A stretch of 64,000 nt of DNA from positions 62,001 through 126,000 of the forward strand of contig KZ538769.1 of assembly GCA_000934665.2 (NCBI GenBank), read 5' to 3'. This document shows positions 50,501-64,000 of the stretch, piece after piece. A program made the position numbers and the translations under genes. Position 1 is the first letter of the stretch; each line of letters opens with the position of its first letter. The notes under the pieces were generated by a model. That model was not told where the DNA came from, ran no database searches, and was given only the letters and a program-made list of their open reading frames with translations. The DNA comes from Catajapyx aquilonaris. Its lineage: Eukaryota.

Positions 50501-53500
50501 GACGGAGGAGCCGGAGCTTCCATTTGCCCAATCTATACGTTATTCCGGTAGTAACCCATGAAGTAAGTTCATGGGAATAATACGCAAGCTCGCAAGATGT
50601 GCGATTTCCCCTCGTGTGTTAATCTCACAACTCATGTACCCCCCACCCCCCACCTGCCCATGTACACAAAAAAAAATGGAAAGTGCCCGGCACCAAGGCT
50701 GCACCGCAACCAAAAAATGTCAGTGATTCAACACGCAATGAAGCGTACACCCTCCATTTACCAACCAATACGACACCTACGCATGATCTGGAGCTGGGGC
50801 CAAACACAAGATTGGCCCCGGTGTTGCCAATTCGCACCTGATGTAACAAGGAGGGATTGAGGACAGCGCCGGATTCAAAAGGTGCGCGGGCATGTAATCC
50901 GCTCCAGTTGCGGCCGAATTGTCCGAAATAGATGTGGGTCACTCTGACCCTTCCCTCAAGAAAAGAACCTGCCCGATTGTGCCTTAAGGGGTCGTAAATA
51001 TTCCCCCCCGTGTTTACGATCGCCCAAAAGCCTTCCAATGATCGGACGGGGGCCTCCAGACTACGCAGCACTTGTTTGCTTCCATGGACAATTTTCCCTC
51101 AGGCCTGGGGGCTGGGGTGTTTCTTGTCATGGGGGGCTGTAAAAAAGAATTAACCTGCGTCTTTTGTGCGCCAGGCGGTGTTGCCATCCTAAAGCCAAAT
51201 CCGGCAACGTCCCCATGCCATGCGGATTCCCCTGGAAAATCACGGGCAATTTTCCCTTTTCATCCGGCGATGGCGGGCAATCTTCTTTCAAGTGCGTCCG
51301 CTTTCTAGCCCTCGGGGCGTCCCCCCAACTCAGCTTTCACCGGACACGTAATTCCTCACGGCACTTTCACTTCTGATGTGCACCCATTACGACATCTCAT
51401 TACCTGAACTTGGCCCCTGCCGGGACTTTAACGTGGGCTGAACTTGACCCCATATTCCCAGCATGCACTCCTTTTTTTTCTGCCAAACAACAAAACGTGC
51501 CCTCCAGTCCCCCATTGCACTCTCACTTTCCACACTTTCTCTCCCCTCAACACACCTGTACACCCCCTACCCAAAAACCTAACAAAAGAAATGGTCCTCT
51601 TGTGAAACTCCCTGGGTCCTTCCGAAGTAAACATGCTTTCAGAAAATTGTCAAGCCGATTTTCCACTTTCCCCTTCTCCCCCCCTCCTCAGTCCAAACAG
51701 TTCGGGGGTCGATCGATCCCCGAAAATTGTTCTTTTAGCATATCCTCCGCCTACACGGTTCGACCAAAAACAAGGTGTTACACCGGCCAGGAGATCCATC
51801 TGGAAAGGCAGACATGTTGCAACCGAGCCTGACCCTTTCCCTTTCGATCACCAGGCCTGCCCTCGATCCGCCTCTGCATTCTCCAAAAGGCCCCGTTCCC
51901 CTGTTTTGATGGCCTTTTCTCTCTCTCTGCGCCGGATAACATGTTAGTACATCCAAAGCAAGTGGTGTGTGTGCCCCGCGGGGTTTGACTTTTGAAAAAT
52001 GATTAAATATTCGTTTGAACCCGGTTTGGAAACATGATTCTGTCGAAACTTGGTCATTAGCAGTCGGCGGGTTTTATTTTCGAACTGGATGTGTTTCCGT
52101 TCTTATGAAAGCGAGTATTATTTTTCCCCGCAAAAAAAAAGAAAGAAAAACAACGTCCTTGTTGAGAGATATGCACCGTGCGGCGGCAAAAGTCCATGGA
52201 CGAGCAAGATACTGCAATTGTTCCCTAAAAAGGATTGGCGACCACGTGCTTTGGCTAAAAACAAACGGAAATCCCATCAGTTCGTGACAATTTAATCTTA
52301 CTTTTCCTTGGACTACGAACCTACCGCGATATGTGTTTTCTTTCCCCCCTCATATAGTTTCCGCGATTGCAACAATGCCGGGTAAATAAGCAGCCAAGGT
52401 CGTCCCCCTGCAGACAGACGTGAATTAAGCGGGTTCATGACGACGTATCAATGAGCAATGTGTCGTATCGAAAAAGAAACAACGCACGGTCCGGACCTGA
52501 CATGAACACGTTCGGAGCCTGACAGTACGGCACGATTTGCATTGTTCTGGCGTTCCCAAAAAGCGGACCCATTTTTATTCTAACCTATAAAAACACCTCA
52601 TCCATCTCGGGCGTTTTTCCAGCGGGGTGTAACAACCACACACCCAGTGACCAATTTCGCAACAATTGCTCGATTAAGAGTCCGAACGCACTTGATTGTC
52701 ACGAAAATCGCTGACAAGTGTGCGATACGGATTTGGAAGACCTCCCGTGCATCGCAACCACTTACAACACTTTTTAACCCCGTTCAAGTCCTACACGACT
52801 ACGCAATAATTGAGAGTAAGTGGGGAGAGTCAGAGGGAGAGGGGGGGGGGGGCACGCCCACTGGTGCGTACAGGTTGATTTTCCAGCCCCGATCTTTCAG
52901 AGAGAGAACCCTTCAGAGAAAGGTACCAGAGCGCCATCTCAACATCCTCCATCTTTTTTTTCTTCTTCTTCTCACTATACTCTCATCCGGGCATTCTTTG
53001 GCACTACCCGATTATTCGCCCTCGAGCAGGCATTAATCACCCTCCCTCCCCCTCTCCACACACACATACACACACCTTACGCAAGCGCCCAAATTATCAA
53101 GACAAGCAACGATCCACGAAAAGTGAAAGTGGTCACACACCGTTGGCTCCACAGCCTTCGCTTGCTTGTCCCACTAGCATTGACCCACTTGGGCGTCACG
53201 CTGATATCATCCAGCCTCTCCCGAGTACTTTCACTGAAAATTCAAAACGGACGCCACCGAAATAAAATTGCACTTCCAACACCTTTTTTTTTTGAGCCCC
53301 GAAAAATTCCGGCATCGCCTAAAAATGTACCTGAATACACCGAGTTTCAATTCACTACGAACATTCGTCGAGTTTTAAACGCCAATCTTAGGATGGGTTG
53401 AGATATCGGTTAGTGAGCTGTCGTTAACGCTTTACAGTTGTACTTGTACAGTCGATATATATATTTTAGTCATTGAATGTTAGTTCTTCATTTGCTCATA

Positions 53501-56413
53501 AAAAGTGTCATTAAGAAATTAAACAAAAAGTCAGGAATATCTGCTGGGTTAATGGAAAACAATAATTGACTAGGTGTTTTTGTCAGCCTCAGTCTACGTA
53601 TCCAGCATATTTTTGTGCGTGCATATTTTGCATACTCATGCTGCAACAGTGAGGTGTCGTCACACGCTATTCCACCTGCAGCAATTGATTAGCCGCCGCC
53701 GCCGCAGTAACAACAACAAAAAATATATAATCAAACAAGGCAGGCGTGTAAAATAGGTCTCTCGCGAGAACTCCTTTCCCGCCTAAACCCGCACGAGGCT
53801 ACGACCGCTAGATGGCGAGAAACCCAGCTGGGGAAGGTTCCCGAGACTGGAAAGCCAAGCAACCGTATCGCGCAGCACATTGCGCATACAACTACCCCCC
53901 TCCCCCATCCCCTTCAACTCACTCAACCTGTCTCCCCTCCCCCACCCCTTCCGCGGCCAACTTGCATGCCAAGTGCACTAGGTAAATGTTTCAAGGTCAT
54001 CGAGTCGAGACCAAAAACTGTATCCCGATCCCGCAATTATTCTACCAAAATATCACCCATTTTTGCGCGGCACTGCTCCGCCTTAATTCGGCCGGAGTTC
54101 TGCAAGGGGGCCAACGAACGGCTTGCGTAATGGTCGCGTCTGGCATGCATCGAATTCACTGACCCACCGAAAAGACGCGGTTGAGTCACTGACTGATTAC
54201 CAGCCATGTGCGTAAACAAGAATGAAAACGGTGCGTACAGTTACATCACAGCATTTCAGTCAGATCCAAAAAATTCTCCAGGCCAAAATTTTCTTGTAGT
54301 AGTTTATATCAGTACGCAGTTCAGTTTGGTTTATAGCGGCTGTGACATGCACTGTGCACTCTCTGAATACTGCCCGATACATATCCGACGTCATTTCCTC
54401 CAGCTCTTTTTGTGCGACGGATACATGCTTGTGGGCATTGCATTTTTTTTGCGCGCAGCCACATAATGGAGCAAAGGCGTGGCACCACGATCTGTCAATC
54501 GGCTACCCATGTAATATTTCCTCAGGGGTGCCGCGTATTAAGGTATCACCCTTTGACACGTGGGGTGCAAAATTATTATAGGGGGGCTTCCCTTGTGATG
54601 ATTGCCTCCGTTCAATTTTTCCCTCATCCTCGGCCTCGGACTTCAACTCCTTGCGCCTCATGTAACCCTGGCCTACTTCAGCCAGATCTAGGCTTTTATC
54701 TTGACGAGATAACGAGCGGGTGAAGAAACTTTTTAATCACGGGAATATTCATTACTGGAGCACACCGTAGATCTAATAAAATTCCGTCCTTTTAAAAATA
54801 GTTCCAAGTCCAGTGACACCTCATTGTAGTACCGGCTGCGATAAGGCTTGCGCAAGAGCAGCCGGCACTTTTTCGGAACAAAAGGGTAAAAGTGAAGGTT
54901 AGATTCAGCTGCCAATGATTAGTCGTGAAGGATTCCACATTTGCGGTAATCATACTTGCAGCACGAGCAGCTCGTGCTGAAAAGCTGAGTAATTTCGCCA
55001 CTCCTATATGCCTCGATCTCAAGTACGGGGATAGATATACCAGCATGTTTGGTGTGGGGCTGCTGGAGCGCGGTGTCGACAGGCTGAGGCCTTGAGACAA
55101 CTAATGGGTTTCTCTCAAAGTGTCCTTTCCAGGCATTTCCTGGTTGTCTCTCGAAGAAATTGATGTGATGGCGGTACCCCGTGCAGCAACAAGCGTGGTC
55201 ACTACCCCGCCCCAGTCGGACTTCCGCGTTAGGAGAGATGTAACTGCCTGCTCTCATGGATTACGCTACACATGTGTGCATATCTTGCGTCGAGTGTTTA
55301 CAAAGGGGCAACATCCCGGGAACGATCGGTTCAAGGCCGCCGAAGGGACAACCTTCGCCATTATGCAGGCAGATGGGGGCAGGTTATCCATCTCGAGTCG
55401 AAGGGGTCACACCTTATCGCGCGCGCACGGAGCCGGAAGCCTGCGTGAGTGTCGAGATTTTTTGGGTGTGTACTCGAGGCGGAAACAACTCCACGAATCC
55501 GATGCACAAATATTAATTACCATCGCCGTACACCAAATTGCTTCCCCAGTGGAATGTGTAGGGGCCAACTAAGGCCATTGCCGTGCATGTATAGTGACAC
55601 TTACCTTCAGATCCTTGAAAAAGAAGGAATTTCTCGCCCAGTCGACCTGAGCAAACAGATTTTGGTCGAGCACCTTGCACAAGAGTTCGAAAAGGTCGAC
55701 CTCGCACTGGTTGTAGGTCTGGTTCTGGAGGAGGTTGAAGAGAGAGTTCTGCCACTCCTTATCGTCGAGGGATTGTATGATGTCGCGGATGAGCGTGGGG
55801 ATCTTGACGGCCGGTACACTCCCGTTGGACAGCTGCACTCCGTCGTAGTGGAAGGCGGAGGAGGCTTTCGGAGACATGGAGTGTGGCGAGGGCGTCGAGG
55901 GCGTCGCCCACAGCTTGGGGTCGGAGGGCATCATGGGTCCGTTGGGCATCCCGGCCATCCCGGACCCGCCTGCCCCTGCACCGTTCCCTGTCCCTCCTCC
56001 GCTCCCGTGGCCACCACCGCCGCCCGCACCCCCGAGGGCCACCATCGACGGCTGCTGGATGGGACTCGGCGACGAGTCCGGAGAGGAGGTCAGCGACGAG
56101 ACTTGTGGTATTTGTATCTCCTGCTTGATCTGCAGGCTTGGTGCGGAGACAGTGGCGGCTGCGGCTGCTGCTGCGGCGGCTGCTGCGGCAGCGGCTGCGG
56201 CAGCGGCGAAGGCGTTGTTGGTGGGCGTGGATGGACCGCTGCTGTAGCTCAGCGTCACGGCCTCGTTGCCCACGGGGACGGAGATGCCCTGCTGTCGGGC
56301 TTGTTGGACCGCCAATTGCCTCTGGCGAAGCAGCTGAAGTTTCCGCGCTCGGTCCCTTTTGTACATCGGACCGAACTTGTTGCGACCACCCCTCATGCGG
56401 TCCGCTCTCACCG
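44512..56413 (-). CDS. ftz-f1: Nuclear receptor FTZ-F1 (NR5A3): FTZ-F1 box, hinge and LBD. The zinc-finger exons were not found and presumably lie beyond the window. Exons 56413-55605, 47985-47727, 46074-45974, 44658-44512
   Basis: AVRADRMRGGRNKFGPMYKRDRARKLQ, IKQEIQIPQVSSLTSSPDSSPSP, LCKVLDQNLFAQVDWARNS, VDDQMKLLQHSWSDMLVLDH and AF-2 TLLMEMLHAKRK. Phases are consistent. Confidence 0.96.
56154..56207 (-). repeat. GCN repeat encoding 18 alanines in the FTZ-F1 hinge
   Basis: Mixed GCC/GCT/GCA codons, in frame. Confidence 0.9.
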
Positions 56414-59400
56414 CTGAAACAACACAACAGGACATGTCATACAACACATTATTAAACTATACAATGCACATCAACAATGTAATACATGGAGATTGTGACG
56501 TCAGTACTTTATTAACCATCTGGAAGCATGCATAATTCTGATCTCGCTAACCTACACACGTATATTAAAGGAGGTCTGTCACGATTGCAAGTCTGTGGTC
56601 ATGGGTAGAGAGATATTGAGTAATTTTTTTTCTCCCCCTTACAAAACATGAGGTACTGAGGGTTGATGCAAAGGTTGAGGACTGTCCACGTAAAAGTTGT
56701 TCTCATCACGAAGGGAAAGCTCCGTAATTAATTTCATCACAGGAATTCGTTGTGTTGCCCTCCCAAGTAATACTCCCATGCACTATAGTGACAGAGCGAT
56801 GCACAGCGTATAGTCCAATAACATCGTACGTACGCCCCTATTCTGGGTATTCAAATATCCGGAGTGGTGGAACGGCAGCTTCGCGCTACAATGCAACCCC
56901 CCCCCCCCTCCCCCCATATTTTATAACGCAGCGTCTCTTATCATGCAGCATCGTTTCTCAACTACTGCTGTGATCCTCCTCGAATGGTCCCAAAAAGCAA
57001 TAATTCCACTCCAGCTGTACCAAACCACAAACCCCTCCAGATGCCTTAAAGTTGCTTAATTTCTGATAGTAAATTACAGGCCAATTAATTCCTAATGCTC
57101 ATGTAAACGCCCTTGGCGGACACGTTTAAAAACCAGTGCACATTATTTTCTCCTCAACAATGACGCGCCGTATATGAAAGCATGTAAACCTAGGATGTAA
57201 ACAGTCTGCAGAAAATCGTTACATGCAGCACGCGCTGTCATGGCAGTTGAACAATGACTTTTTCAACATGGTCAAAGCTTGCCTAATTTCGTTTCAAAAT
57301 GGACATGGGTCCACCGTTTTACCTGAAGGGTTCCGTGTAATTGCATCTCTCTCACTCAATTCAAAATTGGCTGTCTGTTTACTGTGTCAGATATATTCAG
57401 TCGAGGGCTGCTGTTGCCAGGGTCGTCTGTGCTACACATGTTCGGGTCGACAACGACAAGTATAGCATCATTCTGTAGTAAATGAAATGAGCTGCAGTGG
57501 CAGTCGAACCAGAGAGAGGCAATGGCAAAACCGGAATGTGAATATCAAGTTATATTACACTCGAGCATCTGCCGAAGGACTCTTGAAAAGTCAAGAGTTG
57601 AAACAAAGGGAGTCATATCTCTACAGATAACCCGTGTGTCCATAGCACAGCATCCGACTGGATATATTTTCCCTCTGTGTCATCTAATAAGGTATTCGAC
57701 TACAGTCGCCAACCATTCCCCTACAAAATTCAATACAACAGTCTCTCCTATAGTAAAATAAACATATTTCCTCATAAGAATTGCCCTCTCTATTCATTAT
57801 AAACTAAAACCATGCATTAAATGCGTTAATAGTCAGCCAGTTCTTCGAAATAACTGTGGTATCCTATATATGCTGAAAAAGTCATTATATTCGTGGTCCC
57901 TACGTCAATACCATGACATTATCGTGCAATATATACCGCATTATTTAAATTACTTTTTTTACTGGTCATATAGCGCTCAATGTTTAATGTTTCAGCAGCA
58001 ATTTATAGTTACTAAACTGCACTTGAACTGAACCCCTAGAACCATTGAAGGACCTAGCATACATAACTGTTGGAGAAAATGATTAGATCAGATCCGAAAC
58101 GTTATGTTTTTTGACGGGAAACCTTCCGAGTCCTGCAACAAACAACAGATCCCAATGATGTCTTCTGTTACAAGCTCGATTGCAAAATTAGTACTTCAAA
58201 TAGTCTATATTTCAGTATAGACCTATAGTCTACTGTAACATCACTCGACTCAGAGCCACTAAAATATCAAAACTCTCCTGGATGTGGACTGCTCGGGGTT
58301 AAACTCTTTACACAATGACTTAACCCGCACAAATCTGAATCTTTTTGCCAGGTTGAATTAATGTACTCAACACACGCCCTTTGCATTGCTGGCAGGTGGC
58401 TCAGCTGTTTACATGCACTCCTTTCACGTGAAGTAGAATGAGGAGTACGAAATGTATACAAGTGCAGTAGGCCTACTTGTAATTCATGCAGCTGCCACAT
58501 TGCACGCATTGTATCAAACTGCCACGCCAGTTGCGTATAAATCGCAGAATTTCTACATAATCTGTACATTACATAAAGTGTACGAGGTTTGTAAGTGCTG
58601 CAGCCGGTAGTTCAAACACATGATAAGCCCGTACGTTGCAAAAGTTGCGGATTGAAGTTACTGATGCAGGAATTTTCATAAGTGAAGATGAGGATCCCGA
58701 TTGCTGACGTCAACATATCTACTAGTGGTGTTTTGATATGACGAACAGTTTGGAAATCTATTACATCCCTTCAGAAGAATTTGTTGTACGTGTCTTACTT
58801 CGCCAATAGAAATTTCTATCAAATCGCGAGTGTTTAGCCCTTTCCTTGCGTCATGCAGATTGTAGAGAATCAGTTAACTGTTTTGCATAAAAAAGTTGTG
58901 CAATTTGTAAGAAATGTCAATGTTGACGTACATTACCGAACTGACTGGTAAAACAAACAAACTAGGCAATCGGCCAAGCCAAAGTTCAAAATTTTCTGCA
59001 AATACCAGTTCAAAGGAAGGAATCGACTTGTGGATGCTTCACCGCATCTATCACAAAGGAACCTCTTCACGCACCGCATAAAAACTCCTCACAGTTGTAC
59101 AGCACGCAGCCCGTATAACCTAGAAGCGACCACTTAAAAGCAAACAACAAATCTGACGTGGGGTTTACAAATAAGGTCATATTCGTTACATGCACATTAC
59201 AAGTTAAGGACGTTGATAAAAACGTCAAGATGCTTCTGAAATGATAGTCGCGGGACAGGCGATTCCTCGAGATATATTTTATAACCCCGAAAACGAGCGC
59301 CTTTCTCCTTAACTGAAATATCTCAATCCTCCCCTTTCCCTTCAGCACACAAAAACCTTCTCACATCCCCCCCATCCAAGGAAACCTACTCTCAATAAAA

Positions 59401-62400
59401 TTCCCCCTCGACAAACAAGCTGTACTAGGAAGGGTATTGCCGTAAAAGTCCCCAAATTTCTCTTTTATTCCGGACCCTTTTATTTATAACCGGGGCCTCA
59501 TCCTATCTGAATGGTACCCGAGTCCTATTTTGGTTCCAATATAGCCACACTGTATTTTACTTGTAGTGAGAGGGGGGGCTCTCCCAGAAAATATCCCCCC
59601 AGAGTCCCCTTTCCCTTCACACATCACCATCCAAAAGAAACCCACGGGTAACCTTTAGGGTATGGGAAGATTCCTTTCACCTCCCAAATCCCCTTCTGCC
59701 ACACTCGCATCGAATTCGCCACATTCACGGAAAAAGAAACTCGACCGGTTTCCCACATTGATAAACAATATCCCGCAAAAAAAATTTGCCCATCATAAAA
59801 TTTATGGACCAGTCTCCAAGACAAAAGCTGAACAATGGTCACGGCCAGTGTGTCAACGCCTATAATCATACCCCCTGGGAGAGAGAAAAAAGGCGGCACG
59901 ATGTTGTATGGTACGGGCGGAGGCCACTTCTAACGAGAAGAGTGACCTTCGATTGGACTCATCCTGGAAACTAGGCGACGCAGAGGCCTCGACAGAAGCA
60001 CATTTGCCTACAAGCACAGGAGAAGCCGCTTCCGCCTCATTCCGCGTGCGTTTGTCACCTTGGATCCAGACACTGATCTCGCCAAGGTAACAATAACGGT
60101 CTTCGCCTTGCTATTACATATTTTCTCCCCCTTTTTATCCTTGCGTAACTGGAACTGAAAATAAAAATGGATGACCTCGCCGGAAATGTGCCGCTTTCAG
60201 ACTACACTGTGGGCACCCCATTCAATGACTTCAAACTTGCATAACTGCAATTGCACCGATTTTGTGGTGTACTACCCGAGTCCGTATTACAAGTATACGA
60301 CATGTTACTGTAGTAAAGAAAAACACGGGTTAATTAATCGAGTCGTAATATTGAACGTGGGTGATTACATGACATTTCAGCTAACTTTGTATTGCCCAAC
60401 ACCTGCCTTCCAAGTTCATACATTCAGATCACGTTGAGAGCTTAGCCACAACAGCGGGGTAGTAAATAATAAAGAACCGTTAAAACAATAGAAATCTCAG
60501 CGCCATTCCAGACAAACGTGGGAACATCACGAATAGTAAAAAACAAAGATAAAACGTACTGGTTCGCAGGACTCGAGGCCATAAAATCACGATTATGTCA
60601 GGCTCAACTCAAGCGTTCATTTTCCATCCCCATTTCCGATGCGTGGAGCCCAGAAAGAGAAACACAGGTGAATACCTTTTTTTGTTGGAGGGAGGGGGAG
60701 TTTACCTTTCTCGAGCAGCACTTTTTAAAAACGAGGACGACAAAAACCGGTTTACTTCCCACCCCTTAATAAACTATATTTAGTATATAAAAAACTAACA
60801 AATTGGACAGAGAAATCCTCATTACAAAATGTCACACAACCGATGACGTCAGTCGGCACGTGATGTCCAACATTTCCTCCAGTAAAAAAGCTCCCCTATC
60901 CCATGGAATGTTTGAAAATAAAAATGGTGCTTTTTTTGGCGACTTGCCTTCCATTTCCCCCGCCTTCCCCCACACCCCTAGCAACCTCCGGACTCTGGCA
61001 GCAGCACAGTCTCGCCAAGCAGCTTGCTGACCGTGACCCACTTTTTCTCTTTTTTTCTCTCTCTCCCTCCCTCCCTATACACTGTACCCCTCTCCCCAGT
61101 TTTCTCATCCCCTTCCCCTCCACCCCCTGTGGGCCACCAAGCGAGCACCACCAGCTCAACCATGGCGAAGAAGAAAAAGAAAAAAAAAAGCTGGAGGCGG
61201 GGTGGAGAGAGAAAAAAAAGTCGAGATAGCTCGTCGTAATATGGCGGCCACTAGGCCTCAGAACCTAAGCCCCCCGAGGGCATTTTCAACCAGCCCCTGC
61301 CTCCAATGTTGCCACATAACGCAGCACTCCCACCATTTTTCCTCCGCATTTTTTTTTTTTTTTTCACTCTCGCTTCATTCTTTTTGCACAACCGGTTTCG
61401 CTGGGATGGCAAAGGGGGGCTCCCTTAGGGTGGTTTGCTACTTTGCAGGCTATCCAACACAACTATGGGCAGGACGCTGGATGGTGCTAAATCTAAATTC
61501 GAAACTATCCTAGAATCCAAATTTCGCACAGCATTGGCGGGGGTAAATTGTTATAAGGGTGTAGGTACCAAATTTCAGGGATGTCATTCGCAGGTTTCTG
61601 CTGGGGAAATAACAAGATTAGTAGGGCTGGTGATATCTTAAAAGATGGTAATTACGCTCGGTATTGCGTAACCGGTGGTTCCAAGAGTCGCAAAAGCACC
61701 GCCTGTTGAGCAAGACAAAGCCAGCCCCAGAAAATCACAATTTCGAGAAAGTGGGGCTGCTATACTAGGGAGGTTAGCTTTGCCCTTATTTACTGGCACC
61801 AATGACTGCATGTAATTCATTAATTTTACAGGGTTGGTTCATTCTGGCTCTGATGGTCTCAATTGTGGTGATTCATCCAACACCCCTCTTCAAAATAAAA
61901 GGGGGTCGCTCGAAAAATGACGCGACGTTTACCTATATACCGCAGAATGAGTAATCGCAGATAATTTTCCCGTATGCCAATAATATTAACACCTCGCCAA
62001 CAGTTACTTTCCAATGCAACCGCGTGCAATAATGGCTTTCCTGATAACGCCCTTGCATTTCGTGTTATCGGATCGTTACAAAATGAAATCGAACTTGCCC
62101 ACCTCCGCCTAAGGTTGGCAGGATTTAATCTGAGGCACGATGTTTCATGGCAAAGTCTGAGCGGATGCAGCTGGATGGCGAGGAGGAGGAGGAGGAGGTG
62201 GCGGTGGTAGGATGGTGAGGTGGGTGAATCCGCTGCTAGTCACGATTCTTGGCCTGCAAAATCCATACGGGGCACAAGTACTGGTAACGCTCATCCGATG
62301 CACCCTCCCCTATTTCACGCTGCTACCACATTCAGAAGCGGGCCCAACAACAGGACTAATGAATTCACTTGTTCCAACAATATCTCAATAGATACCAATG

Positions 62401-64000
62401 GGAAACATGTGGCATGCAATTAATTCGCGACCAATGGAGAGCGGAGGAAAAAAAAAACTAGTCTCCCTTCTCCAATTGCAACTCGACATACAAAACCGAA
62501 AAACTAGTTTGACCGCATGATGTGACCCAAGCTGTGTGCAGGTGAGAAATATTCGTTGTTGTTAATGATGCGAACGACATGTGTAAATGACTCACACGGA
62601 CAATCCGCCACATCAGTTCACATTATGTCATAGAGTACGGACCTGATGGGAATACCCCGATTATTTTGACTGGAAAATGCGGGAGTGCGTGCAGACTTTG
62701 TAGAACGTTACCGTAAATCAATCCAAAGGGCAATGATACATTTCTGACAGCAATGCGAACCACCATTATCCGGATGCACGATAGTAGTCATTTTAGTTAA
62801 ATTATGACAACTGTAACATGCCAACTTTGCTATATTACGCTAAATAACAGTGAAGTCGCATCGGAGGTTCACAAATCACGAAGCACTTGTGCAGTAACCA
62901 ATTACTGCAGTTGTATGTGTGGTATTGTACTGTACTGTACATGGCTCTGACGATGAGGTAACGCTACCCCCTTTGTCCCAGCATGGGGCTGCTCTTTCTG
63001 AACACGATTCACTATTTTTTTTTTTTGAGCCCAAGAAACGTGAATATTCACAAACGTGATGATAACTTTTCGGCATCTAATAAGACATTAGCGGAAGATT
63101 TTTAGAACTCTTATTGCAACATAACAGCTGGACCATCTGACGGTCCTTGTTATGCGCCAAGTCTCTAATAGGCTAATGGAATCTGACGAGCCTCAATACA
63201 TGACACGAATAACTTACACTATCTTACTGCATTATTATGTTCCAAAACTCCAGTGCGAATCCCATCGAAGCAATTTTACTCGCTGAAGAATTACCGACTG
63301 TACATAAGAATCCAGTTTGATATACCAAGTGCTTAGACTAATGTATAATAGATACTAAATCCCGGATTTACTTCAATGCGAGCAATTTAATCTGCCCATG
63401 CACCACGCTCATAAATCGCTAAATTGTGATATCAGTCCGTATATAGCCGTTCCCTGAATCATCCCAGCAGGTTCCACGTGTCCGATGCAAAAGACGACGC
63501 ATACGCTTCTGATTGTATAAAAGGCCAACCCCCCACTCCCTATGGGTGTTTACAACGCAATGGCACCCGGCCAAACCTTTCGCTAGGGAATGAATACGTT
63601 CGATGTGCTCTGGCTTCCGCAAGAATCAACACTAGTTACACATTATTCATCGCACTCCCCTCGCAAGATACACGCCCCGACTTAATCTGATGACCAGTCG
63701 CGGTGGGGTCAAAGTTCGCGAAAGGGCATGAATCGCGCACCGAGGCAAGTGATCTTACGCGCACTTATTATTTCCTGATAAGCGGTGCTCGTAAACAAAA
63801 GGGGCGCTCCTTATCCTGGATGGTCTGGAGCATTCCTGCGGCCGTTCATTTGCCCGCGAAATAACTCCGAGGCCGAGTCATTCTGGAATTGGGCCCGGAC
63901 CCCCATTCGCTCTATTCTTGGACTGGATTGTTATAAAACGGGAAGTGTCGGCCACACACCCTGGCTGGCTCACACTTGCCTTGCACAACCCCAACCACGA

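Noticed and set aside
55449..56455. Long + strand ORFs (322 aa etc.)
   Set aside because: Antisense shadows of the GC-rich ftz-f1 exon.
48000..64000. Numerous 60-190 aa ORFs and the FTZ-F1 zinc-finger exons
   Set aside because: The ORFs are low-complexity intronic sequence without recognisable domains, and no C4 zinc-finger coding sequence was found in the window.

Overview
Eukaryotic genomic DNA, most likely from an arthropod/pancrustacean judging by the FTZ-F1 and U2AF-like sequences. It has spliceosomal introns and many MITEs. Manual exon reconstruction, with every intron phase checked, gives eight genes: COG6 3' part (+); FIRRM/C1orf112 (-, with a U12-type AT-AC first intron); QTRT2 (-); a chimeric multi-exon gene (-); NELF-E (+); HMCES (-); a four-TM sarcospan/MS4A-like gene (+); and the hinge/LBD half of ftz-f1 (-). 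A diverged ~135-165 bp repeat array filled with transposon insertions lies between QTRT2 and FIRRM. The standout is the chimeric gene at 21631-29663: an apparently intact ~1300-aa ORF in which three tandem, intron-containing copies of the U2AF65 RRM1 region are spliced in frame to a Mutator-type (WRKY-like/MULE/SWIM) transposase that seems to have lost two catalytic residues. It sits head-to-head with NELF-E. Homology calls come from recalled sequence motifs, not database searches, and no expression data were available.
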